Assembly (NCBI GenBank): GCA_040285825.1
Contig: JAUPSS010000001.1
Coordinates: 3,720,001-3,784,000 of the forward strand
From: Eukaryota sp. TZLM1-RC
Lineage: Eukaryota; Protista; Metamonada: BaSk clade
Reading direction: 5' to 3'
Length of the DNA: 64,000 nucleotides
The notes below the pieces were generated by a model. The model was not told the origin of the DNA and did not search any database. It saw only the letters and a program-made list of their open reading frames with translations. Position 1 is the stretch's first letter. Each line of letters starts with the position of its first letter. Position numbers and translations under genes: made by a program. This document shows positions 11,732 through 24,000 of this stretch, in pieces.

Positions 11732-13008
11732 ATGCTTACACATACTCTCAAACCTATGGAAGAGCTGAGGTTTGTCGTGAAGGACGAACCTTGTACTATC
11801 AAGGTTTGTTTGCTCTCACATCATCTCATCCCAAGCTAGAAGAAGGTAAAGCTGAGCTTTTTGGCACAGAACTCGCTCCCCGAAAACCATACACACTTAA
11901 AGATCGTGTTGCTTCCATTTTCTCTTTCCATGGTGCTAAAATCTCCTTTCTCGGTAATACTGACACTCAGTACATCTCTACCGATACTTCTATGGACCAA
12001 TACATCTCCTTCCATGGAGAACTTGAAGATATCCGAAGCCGAGCCAAAACTGATCGTGATGGTAGAGGTCCTCGTGTACTCATAACTGGACCAATGGACT
12101 CTGGTAAATCCACCCTAACCCAATTACTCACCTCGTGGGCCGTTCGGTGTGATCACAGCCCCATTGTGGTTGATTTAGACGTTGGCCAAAACCATCTCAG
12201 TATTCCTGGAACAATTGCAGCCAGTGTTTTCAACAAACCCGTTGATTTGGAATCTGGTCTTGATGCTGATGACGCCCTAGTTTTTTGGTATGGGCATACG
12301 TCTTTACAAAAGAACACTTCTTTGTTTCTTCATCTAGTAAACCAACTGGCGATGACGGTGGATATGAGGTGTGATCAAGATGAACACATTCTGGAAAGCG
12401 GAATTGTTGTGAATACGTGTGGTTGGGTGGAGGATTTAGGGTTTGATGTATTAGTAGATTGTATCAAGGTACTTGAAATAGATTATGTTATAGTTCTTGG
12501 AAGGGATCTTTTAAGGGTGAAGCTGGAGCGGCATTTTCAGAGTGAACCTGTGCAGGTACGTGGATTTTCAGTGAGCTCCGGGGTTGTTTCTAGAAGCAGA
12601 GAGACAAGAACAAGCTACAGAAGGAGTAGGATTCATCGATATTTTAATGGTTTTAGTGGTGAATTAGCTCCACATTTATTTCAAATACCATTTAATTTAA
12701 TGTCGGTTTATAAAATTGAATCTTCTAAAATTGATGCCAGATTACGACCAATAGGAGCTGAACAGAAGCTGGAAGAGAATATGGTGAAGGAGGTAGCTAT
12801 AGATGAGTATGAAAGTCTTTTGCACTCAGTATTGGCGATATCATTTGCACAAATTGACCAACAGATTCCCGATTTTCCAGTCGCTGGGTTTGTTGTGGTT
12901 CAAAGCGTAGATATGGAAAGCCAACACATGGAGCTACTGTCACCATGCTCCAGAGAAGCTTTGCCAAGCACAAAGTTTGTAGTTGGTTCACTTCAGTGGA
13001 TTGATTAA
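11732..13008 (+). CDS. CLP1: Clp1 polyribonucleotide 5'-kinase / pre-mRNA cleavage factor; intron 11804-11835
   Basis: ELRF..KLEEGKAELFGTEL is restored after removing a 32-nt GT-AG intron; GPMDSGKST P-loop, DLDVGQ, NTCGW. Confidence 0.92.
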
Positions 13009-13614
13009 TAAATTATTGCACAATTGTTTGTTTTTATCTCTCATACAAATTTGATAAAACAAGTTTTTTCTGCTGTTGTACATTGTAGACTTTGATTTTT
13101 CCATGAGTGAATCTGTTGCTTTTTGTGATAAGTTGAAAGATAAATATTGTATAACAAGATAATTTAAATTGGACATTACTGATCCAAATATTTCTGATAT
13201 TTCGTAATTTGATGTCATTAATACGAATAAAGAATGTTCGAAAATGCAAACTGGCACATCGAGACGTCTTGCCTTAGTGTTTCACGTCCACTTTTGTTCA
13301 GGTCTCACCTCCATCACAATCAACAGAAAAATGCTATAACGAGTTTTGTGAGGTGGATTTCACAACGGTTCAGCAAGCAAAATGAGGTGTTATCTGAATC
13401 ATTATTTTTTGGGGTTGTTTGATGTTTTGTTTAGTTGAAACTTCCAACCGTTTGATATTTTTCTACAGTTGTATACTGTTCCTGCTTTAAATTTATTTTG
13501 AACATGCTGTGAAGTGATAAATTACACAACCAAACTTCCAATTAGGTTTAGATCTGTCATTTTAGCACCACTATAGTCATTCATTCGGTTTATTTATTTA
13601 GTTTCTTCACAATC

Positions 13615-13960
13615 CTTCATTAAGCAGAAATACCCTTCTCTCAAAATAGTAGCTTGTGTGAATAAGATTTAGAGATTATTCAGTTTTTACTGTAATATGA
13701 TGCTAAATGACTCCTTCATTTCTTATAAAAGATTGGGTTTCATATCAAAACAGGTGAATGCCTTCTGGTTGGTTATTCCTGTTCTACTACAGGCCACGTG
13801 ATTAATGAAACTCTTCTACCTTTTACAAACAATAGTAGTGATGCAGGCAAATATCATGGTTGCGGGTGAGGCAATGTCCCAGAAATTCTGGGCGAATTAC
13901 AATAAGTGGGGAAAAATAAAAATTGGCATACACTCAATTTCATCTCTTGAACTTTTTGTA
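13615..13960 (+). mobile_element. Highly degenerate RT fragment related to family A
   Basis: IKQKYPSLKIVA and GCG*GNVPEI resemble 49890-50170. Confidence 0.6.
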
Positions 13961-14219
13961 TTAATAATGTTGGTGTAATTTAGTACGACTTTTAAATCAA
14001 CATCTGAATGAAACTCTTCAAATACCAATCGACTTCATGGAATCTCCTCATATTGAGCTACAAAAAGACAGCATAGCAGCAAAAACCATTTTCAATGGAT
14101 GTGATGTTTATTGTTCTGTTAAACTTGGAAATAATATTGGCCTATGTGCACGGTTTTCCTTAAAGAGTAAAAAAGGATGTTTATAGGAAATAAAGATACA
14201 ATATACAATACTAGAATTT

Positions 14220-15500
14220 GAGCTAATGATGACGTGACAGGGAGTTTCATACCTTCCTGATATGGGAAGGTCAGGTTTAGCCTTAGCTGAAAATGAATTC
14301 CTTATACTGTGACATTCACTGTTGGAAAGTGTTTTTACAATAAAAATGTTTTGCTCTGTTATTTCTTGTTGTGTTCGGAAATCTGTCTTTTCCTGGAATA
14401 AGTCCTTCTGTTACGTCTCTTTGTCGTTTATATAGAAGAACTCATAGTAATTTGTTGGGCTAATTTGGTGTAAGAAGATTTTGTTGTTCAGTTTCTGGTT
14501 GAAATAAAATAATGAATGGAGAAAGTTTGTTGTGACCTGAAATTAACGATCTATTGAACTTGTAAACTTAACAGAATCAACTCATACCTAATGAAACGAA
14601 ATTCAATAAACCAAGATTTCTTTTACAAATGCTGATCTCCTTGCTGTCTAGTTAAAGTTTCTCTACTTCGATTTCTTGTGTGTGAATGTAATTAAATTTT
14701 TTATTAGGGGCATTGACAAAACAGGTCCACCTGAGTATTTCATTTTGCAGATTTGTGTCCATCCATAAACGCTTTTGCAAAATTGGGCCCTTGTTCTGAT
14801 TCTCACTGGTGTTATCTTCTCCATCACTGTCCTATTGTTCTTTTAATAAACTTTGTCACTTCTGTCACTGATTCTGATATTCTCTATCAATGCTAAACAT
14901 ACACTTTTATTATGAACATGAACATATATACATATCGAAAACTCAACCTCAATACTGTAACAGCTGATCCAAGAAGCTGAAAGTTTGAGTCAAGAGTTCC
15001 AAAGAGATGTTCCTTTACACGATTAAGAGCACGATAGGCCGTCCAGTACTTGACATCTTGACCTTTAGAGATTTTGACTTCACTTATGAGATTTTTTGGC
15101 GTTATTTTAGGACGTAAGGCGACACGTTTTTGAAGGTCAGCATCTCGAGCTATCATTTTAGGTGATAGTACATTACCGCTGCTGCTGAATTCTCCTAGAC
15201 ATGTATGCTCCCGTGCAATGGTCATCTTCCAAAGTCTCCCACCTTTTGGAATGATCGCTCAGATATAAAAAGAACAATCAGAACAAGACCTTACGATACA
15301 GTTTGATTTTGTTTTCTTCTTTTGAATGTTGACGGCGTTTACTGCAACAGAGTTGTCCTCAATTGCTGTCAACAGTAGTTCTTTACTAGGGAATGTATTG
15401 CTTAAAGAAAGGCGGAAGTCTGTCAAAGATTTTATAGACGTCATTGGTAAGAAGTTTACCGGTGGAAGGTTGAATCGGAGAAGGTCCTGTGTTTGCAAAT
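14220..15500 (-). pseudogene. MuDR/Mutator transposase remnant
   Basis: FPSKELL..C..CSFYI..W..HTC N-terminal Zn module, YWTAYRA..FG..FQLL, and FMDG..KYSG traces. Confidence 0.7.
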
Positions 15501-15867
15501 TTATGTTGACAAGAGGTCCTTTTTTGTCAATTTCTCATTTTATTATTAAAAAGGCCTTAACCAGGTGAAACTCTGAATGTGTTATTAAAGTGCTGTTGTT
15601 GATAAGCAAATATTTATTCAAAGATCCACACTAATTCTGAACGAAAAAAAATTTGATTCAAGAATTTGACAAATGTTGTTTGAGGCTGTTTTGAATCAAG
15701 GTTCTATTATTTTTATAGTTTCATGTGTTTCAATTGTATCTTATAGAATGAGTCTTCATCACTGGTTAGGAAAGGGAAACACCTTAACAAATGTAGATAA
15801 GCGTTCACTGGTCGACACGTTGGCTCATATAATAACCAGCGTTCAATGGTGCGATGGTGCGACACAA

Positions 15868-16783
15868 TTAGTTAAATGAGTAAATAGAGCTAACAGAGTC
15901 TTGGGAGGAATAGGAATCATCAGTAATACCTAAGTTATTTGTAACAGGCATTATTGTGGCATGATGTCCATTATGGCATGGACCATATCTACTGTACCAC
16001 TGTTGTTGTGCTATTTCACAAGCCCTGCACTGAGGTCCATTGTCGGGACCACAATAACCATCAGTTCTTGGATTATTGAAGAGAACCATAGCACCACAAT
16101 AAACAGTGTCTTTGTCAGAGCCTGTCTTCCCACAAACTCTACCTTCCCTGTTAACAAGGTAACCAAGGGGTAAAGAACGTGCGCTGATGTCGAGCATCAT
16201 ACAATGTATGCAGTTGCAACCATTACGCCTGGAGTAAGAAGAAATGAGAATAGACATACGGTCCACATTGACCATCACAGCAATCGCAGCCAAGAGTTCG
16301 TTTTCCACAGTAATATTTACCAGTGGTTCCTATTCTGCACAAATCACCATTGCCGTTTCTTCTTGGTACAATAATTTCGTTTGCAACTGATAAAGTGTTG
16401 TTGGACTGAGGAGTTGAGCTGAACGTTCTGATCAAGTCAAGATGATGTTCTGAAGCGATGTGTTCGGCAAAATCATCAAATCTCACGTTGTATTTGCATA
16501 TCTTACATTCGTGAATCTTTTGAGGACATTTGGAATGGTGATCTCTAAGATTGCCTCTGGTAGTGTCATACATGCAATCTGGACAAGCAATAGGAAGGGA
16601 GTCAATGATTCGTCGAATGGAGTAGTTTGGCTTGAACGAGGGATTGGGAACACGGCAGCAAGGACATGGGGATCTGTTCAGTTTGTTTCTACATTGTTCA
16701 CAGAAAAGAGAATGACAACATTGAGATTCAAGAGCTTCAGCTGCAAGATCAAGACAGACTCCACATGCAAGATGCTTCTCCAT
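15868..16783 (-). CDS. RING plus TRAF-type zinc-finger protein with two Cys-rich YCG..DG.CGP.NG..C..C repeats; intron 16229-16259
   Basis: CGVC..CCHSLFC..C..CPCC RING; a 31-nt GTATGT..CAG intron joins the ORFs to give CGPRNGCNCIHC. Confidence 0.85.
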
Positions 16784-16959
16784 AATGTTGAGATTAGATT
16801 TATTTCATCAAAATTTAATCAATAAGATCCACCGAATACTCTCGACTTAAGAAAATCATTCAGTGACAATATAATTGTAAAAAGGGTTATGCAAGAAAAT
16901 ACACCATGTAAAACCAGCATTTGATTGAAAATGTTATTATTGACCAAACCAATCTATTA

Positions 16960-17480
16960 ATTGAACATGCACACTTAATGAAATGAATACGCAACTACAT
17001 GGACGAGATTCATTGATCTAAGATATTTTCTACAAAATCTTGATCTGGTTGCTCTCTAGCTAGACCATCTCTTATTTGATTGAAACTCCGGGGTAAACTA
17101 TTAATTTTGGCAAATTGAAGCCGATAGCGACAAAACCAAATACCAAAACTTTTCATTGTTTAAATGTTTTCTCTTGAACCATTTATTGGAAGTCATTGAA
17201 AGAAGTTTCTGCTTCTACTGATAGTTTTACGTTTATCTAATATGGGAAAGCAATAAAAACTTGTGGTGTTTTTCCACCAGCATTAGTCTCATCGATATCT
17301 TTGTCATATTTTCTATGTTTTTCTCTAGCTTTAAATTCGAGAGCACCAAAAGAGTGAAGTTTTCTTCTGTGAACCAAATAATCATTTTCCATATTACAGA
17401 AGACAAAGTCAACAACAGTTCATAGTTCTCCATACAATAACAGTAGCCAGCACCTTTGGCATCAGAACCAAAATGATTCA
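16960..17480 (-). mobile_element. Degenerate 3' fragment of retrotransposon family C
   Basis: Similar to 39170-39700. Confidence 0.7.
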
Positions 17481-17799
17481 ATGGCAATATTGCGAGCCTA
17501 CATGAGATTGGATTACGCTAAGTTACTTCATACTGAGTTGAAATTTCTTCTACCAAACACCTGAATCTTGGTTAAAGAATAAGTACACTCACATATGGAA
17601 ACCATAAGGCTATGTGATTTTGAGTTCCTGTATTTGCTTAAATTGATGCTGCATCTGTTGTCACTTTTGTCTCACATATTCTTCGTATGTTTTGATTAGT
17701 CAAGAACGTTCACTCTTAACAACCTTTTCATTACTTCCAAAAACACACTGGCCACGTTGATGTAATAGCTTACGACACCCTTGTCAATTACGATTCTCG

Positions 17800-17985
17800 T
17801 AATTTCAATAACTTTGATGATTAGTTGGCTTTTGACATCCTCAACATTTCCGAGATAACAACCCAAAATTCGAAATCCAGACTGATCAAAATTGATAAAG
17901 GGGATATTGACATCATTAATCAAAACATTAATCGGTTCATGGCTAATCATCAAACATTTGGAGGTATTTAAGGAGAACAGCTTTC
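17800..17985 (-). mobile_element. Internal fragment of retrotransposon family B
   Basis: SKCLMISHEPI..QSGFRILGCYLGN matches 3860-4010. Confidence 0.8.
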
Positions 17986-18079
17986 TCTGTTGGTAATTCA
18001 GCAATAGCATTCAATACTTCTTGAGCCTGATAATTAAATTGTGAATTTTGCCAAAATTATATTTTATTATATTCAAATT

Positions 18080-20564
18080 TTTTTACAAAATTTTAATTTT
18101 ATTCAAAACCTATAAATCAACATCTAAAAAATCCATTTCTCCCAGAACAAAAACACTAGATGCAACTCTCTCATAGTGAGATCCAAGAGAAAGCAAAGCA
18201 TCAGAAACCATCTTCAACATCCCCTTAAAAATAGAAAACACAATTCTATTTTGCCAAAACAATCTGTCGAAATAAATTAATAAATTAATTAATTAGTTAA
18301 TAAATTAGTTCTTCTCTTTACAATCATTTCAAAATCTGCCAAAAAACGTAAAACAGTTGGTGAAAGTGAACCAAAAAGGGAAAATACAAATGGATACAAA
18401 TTGTATTTTGCATGCTGTAGACTGGCCAATTTGGACAAAGGTTCATTGTATTTTTTGAGTTTGAAATTTTCAGCATTTGAAAGAGGATTATGAATTTCAG
18501 AATTAACAAGCCTTTCATTTGAGGCATTACAAGGATCAACAGACATTACATCCAATAAAATGAAACTTCCATCTAATCCAGGTAATATAACATCACCTCT
18601 ATTATTCTTATGAAAATCATCTTCAGCATCAAACAGATTTGACAACAGAGGTTCCAAGAAGGATTCAATTCTATGAGATTTGCACATACAATATAACTGG
18701 TCTCTTACAGCATCATGAACCTTGCTTCTAAAAGTAATAAAATGTTTACAATTTAACAAATGAGTAGTTGTAATTTCTCGAGAACATTTACAAATTAAAT
18801 TATGAGGTAACTTATCAGGCCAGATAAAGGAACGAAATCTCATATTCAGAGTCCAAGCAGAATCGGTTAAGAGAGTACCATAAACTTGTGGAATTGTTGT
18901 TACTAAGGCAGAAGAAGTACTGTCACACATATCTTGTAAAAGATTTGCAAAAGCGGGATTCTTTTTCTTGGCCAAGCCAAGTCTAACATCAAAATCCAAG
19001 CTTTCAAAAATCTTTGACAATTTTTGTTGAAGTTTTTTACAGCAAAACTGAAAATTAAAAAGAGATCGGTTTGGAATTTCTTGAATTGATTGAGGAAAAC
19101 ATTTGGTCCAAATTTGTGGCGGTAATTTTTCAAGTTCACAAGATAACTCATACAAATAGGGACTACAATTGGGGACTAACAGATGCGAATCATCAGGAAA
19201 TCTACGAGAAAATTCATAAATAAAATTTTTGCCACCACCCAAGAATGCTGATTGACACAAAATTGAAGACTTAGTAAAACCAATACCACCCAAATTTGGT
19301 GAAGAAAATAAATGGCTTTTCAACATTCCTGGTTCTACATCCAATAAATCAGCAAGAAATTCTGTTCTCAATGAATTAAAAGAACGACAAAAATCTAATG
19401 CTATGGAAGGAGCACAAGATCTCAAAATGTGGGTTATTCTCCCAGTGTAGCAAATTTTAAGCATGAAAAATTTAATATGCTTTTCTATATCTAAAGAAGA
19501 AATTGAATCAAGTTCAATTTTCATTTTTTCCAAAATAACTTGCAATTCATTCTGAATTTGAGGCACGTTTCCTCACCAACAACCAAGGAACTTAAAAGCA
19601 TCACTACTATAATTAGTAAAAGGGACAATAGAATCGTTTATCACGAGGTCTTGAGCAGAAGAGCCAATCAGAAGACAGTTGCTGGCATTAAGATGAAGCC
19701 CAATATCTTCATAAGAATCGGCAATTTCTTGAGCAACCAATTCTAGTAAATCAAATGAACCAATTAAGGGTATATCATCCATATAAGCAACTATTTTTAT
19801 AGAAGGGTATTTTTGCTTAATGATATTTAAAGTTTTGTGAATAGCTGAACAAAACAATAATGGGCCTAAAGGAGCACCTTGCTTCACACCAGAAGATGAT
19901 TTAAGACCAAATGAATTAAAAATTAAATCTTATTCTTTCCCATAAAAATGATAGAAAAAACTCGATTGGTCAGGAAAATCAGATTTAATAACTTCAAAAA
20001 TTGCTTCTCGCTTTACAGAATTAAAAAAGGTATCAGAGGCAATAGCAGCAACAGAAGCACCATCAATTGTTTTGATTCCAAATTGATGAGGATTCAAAAC
20101 AGTAGAAGCTTTGTCTTTGACACGATCGAAGACAATTGATGCCAGCAAACGAAAAAGAGATTCACCAACAGCAATTGGGCGTATTCCATCAGCTTTGATT
20201 CCGTTTCCAGGCTTTACTAAAGCAATCAGACGTGCAGTGAGTAATTCAAATGGAGGATTAACTTTCAGAACAATTAATTGTTGAAAATAATGGGCTAGAT
20301 CATCAGCAATTTCGGGAGCACTGGAACACGTTATTTTTAAGAGATCAAAAGAAATTCCAGATGGTCCTGCTGCTTTCCCCTTTGGTAATTCTTGAATAGC
20401 TTTGAGAAGTTCAATTGCAGTAATAGGATATTTCAAACCAAAAAGGACACACATCAGGCTTGCTGCACTTGAAATTTTCTCGAGGATGCAACTTTTGAAG
20501 TTTCTCAAGGGTATCAGAGTTTACATCAGCCAAAGAAGAGGAAAACAAGGACTGCTTTGCGGCA
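18080..20564 (-). mobile_element. CRE/SLACS-like non-LTR retrotransposon (family A), defective
   Basis: KAAGPSG, IRPIAVGE, YMDD, knuckle and RGDVILP..LDV..K.KKY RLE; highly similar to 49120-51600. Confidence 0.93.
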
Positions 20565-21036
20565 AACAATCTAGATTCAAATTTCCAAAATCAAGAGTTT
20601 GACAATAGATATACTTCATTGACCTACTGACTTTAAGACTTGTAACGCAATTGTAAGAATTCATCCAGACAGTAAATCATATACAAAATTATGGTCTGTT
20701 TGCTTCTATTTGATAATAAAACGAAATTCATTCCAGGAACTGATCATTTTAAAACTCAACAACAAATTCTAAGTAAAGCATTTACCGACACAGACCCCAT
20801 CAATTCAATGACAGGACATTTTCACTATTTAAACATGGTATTTAATCATTGACGAAGTTAATGTTGTTGTGTTGAGATTGTACATCTACGATTGTCGTCT
20901 ACGTGGCATTTATAGAATTGAATTTTATTCAGTTTAACTGAAATTGTAAAATCAAACAAATCTACCTGCTTAGGCTATGGTATTGTAAAAGGAAAAACAA
21001 CCTAGGTATTTGTAAACCTTGAATCAGACTTCAAAA

Positions 21037-24000
21037 TTAAAGCTGCCATTTTTCAAAAAGCTCAAAATACTTCCTAACTGGGTATGGCAGTCGGTCCCAG
21101 TCAATTTCAGAATAAACTTCAGTATTTTCTGTAAAATGCAAGATTCTGGAAATGAAATTGATAAACGAAAAACTAGTGCGTCGAAAACTAAGGCCAAATT
21201 CCACCAACTCTGAAATTCGATTTTCAAAATTCAAACATTCAGAATCTTCAGATAAACTAATATCTGAGTTAAATATTTTCGGAAAATCATTCAGAGGGCA
21301 GAGTTTATGAGAAGAACTAATCAAATCCAGAGCACGAGAAATCAAATAACCCTTCTTTTTCAGAGCATCACTTAAGTAACACCTGACTCCTCGGTAAATG
21401 AAATCTTGAAGACAAAATAGCTCGTCAATGTGCCTGTTGCAAACACTGAAAGTGTGTGTGATTTTGGAATTGTCCTCAACTATGAGATCGCAGAAGAGCT
21501 CACACAGTGTTTGGAAGTGTTCTTCACAGTGGGTAAATGTGTTGATGAATGATTTACATGTAGAGAACATAACACTCTTGAATGTCTCATCAGGGAAGTC
21601 TAGATTAGGCAGCAACTCCTGAATGATACGAAAAACAACATCTGCTGGAAGACAATTGAAACCAAAAGTAGTGACATCACTAGCACTATCAAGCAAAGGG
21701 TTTTCGTACCCAATTGCGTCACAGTAGTATGAGCTGAAGGAGTCAAGTGGGGAAAGAATATAATCCTTCCCGTCTATAACAGCAATAACAGCATCACAAT
21801 GAATATAATGATTACTTAGAAAATTCGCAAGCATGGGATAATGGCGGAATTGATTATTTTTCATTACAAAAATCAACAAAGAATTAGCATCTGTGATTTC
21901 GTCAGCAGTTGATACTAATTGCACCAAATCATCATAAGAATTAACGAAATTAAATGAAAATTCTTTAACTTTTGAGTAGTGAGCAACTTTAGAGGGAATT
22001 GAGCCCAGATAGTTGGAATGAATGATGATTCTATTGGGAAGATATGGATTGTTGTGTAACTTCATATGATGCTCAACTACTTGTTCCAAAGACAAAAATC
22101 CACCATATTCGGTATCACAACAACATTCAAGAATTAATTCCTGAGCTTCAAACAATTGACTCGCGCAAACGAATGGAACCTGGTGATGTGAGATTATTTG
22201 GATCAGCTTACCCTTACCTTCGACTGAAAGCAATTCTGGGACAAAGACTTTATGATTGAAAGCATTGATATGATTGAAACCAATGCTATTGCACAAGTCA
22301 TTTCCAAGTTGAAGTTCTGAATTTTCGAAAGGTCTTCCAAAACATGATAGGTCAATTTTTTCAAATTTATAGAGTAATGCCGTAGGTAGCTTGACCAGAT
22401 CACAAGAAGAGCAAACAACTATGAATCTAGTTGCCTTGTGTATATTAACTGTTCTGCCAACAGAATCAATAGCAATCTCGCTTCGTCCTAGTCCATCACC
22501 ATTGATTCTAAATTCATTTTTGTCAAAGAGATTGAACATTGCACACAACAGTTCTTGATGAGATGGCAGGAGAATAATTTTTCCAGTGGAAGCAAACTCA
22601 ATGATTTTTGCTAGATGAATATGAAGAAATTCTTTATGATTGTCAACGTCATAGCTGCTGCAAGGAAGTTCTCGTGCATCTTGGGATCTTGGATGATTGT
22701 TCAAAATGTATCTTACTAAAGCCATCGGGCCAATGAGCATCAAGTGCCGGGAAAATGGTGTTTCATCTGAAATGTTGTCAAAAATTGCTCGTTTCATTGA
22801 TGATTGCATATGTGCATCCGACAAGTGATGTCCAAAAAACTTATGATGCCACTGTCGATAGATTTCTCCATAAGGAGAGTTACCAAGCAAAGAAAACACT
22901 CCATAGTTTCTAATGAAAAAAGGAAAACAATCATCAATGCAAAAACCACCAAGACCAGGAACTCCCATGGCTAATGAAACAACATCCCGGAAGCACAATA
23001 ACTGTTTTTCTCTTCCCAATTCTGACTGAATAACAGAATTTTCAGCCAAATTGAAATACATTTCAACAAACATTTCGATGGAAGGATGATGATTGAAGAA
23101 CAATTCGAGGTAAGAAACCAATGTCTGAGGAACAGGACTTGATCTTTGAATAGTAAGTGTTCGAGAAGATGGAGGTCTGTAGAAAGAAAAACTACAAATT
23201 CCAATGAAAGCTAATGACTCATCACTTCGTTCTAAAAAATCACAAAGAACTTCAAGGGGCTTGGTTGTTGCATTGATCATGAGAGACATTTCGGAAACCA
23301 CAAAGCAGGAAACTAGATTTTCATTCTCATCTTGTTGGCAAGCGCAACCGATAGCATTCATGAGACTATCTGCAGTTGTTGTGTCGCTCCCTTGGAATGA
23401 AATAGGATGAACTTTTGGCAAAGCTGGGTCTCTGCTTGGTTGGCACAGATAATTGATCAAAAAGTTGAGAGCAAAGGTCCTTGATTGACAAGGATCACCG
23501 CTGAAAATAATTGGTGTTCTACAAACTATACCAACAACCATCACAAATAAGTTTTCAATTAGCAAATTGGTGAAGAAGATCTCCACGTGATCTGGTTTGG
23601 GAATAGAGTGAGCAAAGCGCGACATGACTTCCTGAACAAAAGAAATAGTAGGTCTGGAGTGGTGGATGCGAAAAACGGAATTGATGGTGTGATTTATCAG
23701 ACTTCTGGTTGCTCCTAGAGGGACTCTGACGGCATAACAGACATACAACGCAATTGCAACAACAAGTGAAGTACACATTCCAGTAATTCCAAATGCTGCG
23801 AATCCACGTTGTAACAAAAACCATAACCCTTCAATCACTTTTTTGACCGTCTTGACATAATTGATAGAAACTATAATGTTGGTTTCTGGTGAATTGCAAA
23901 GTACATGATGAATTCCACAAATTGAGTGAGAAATTCTCCTTACGTCAAGGGAGTTCAATTTGAGATTTTTCAACAAGCATTCTATATACTGTTTTTGATC

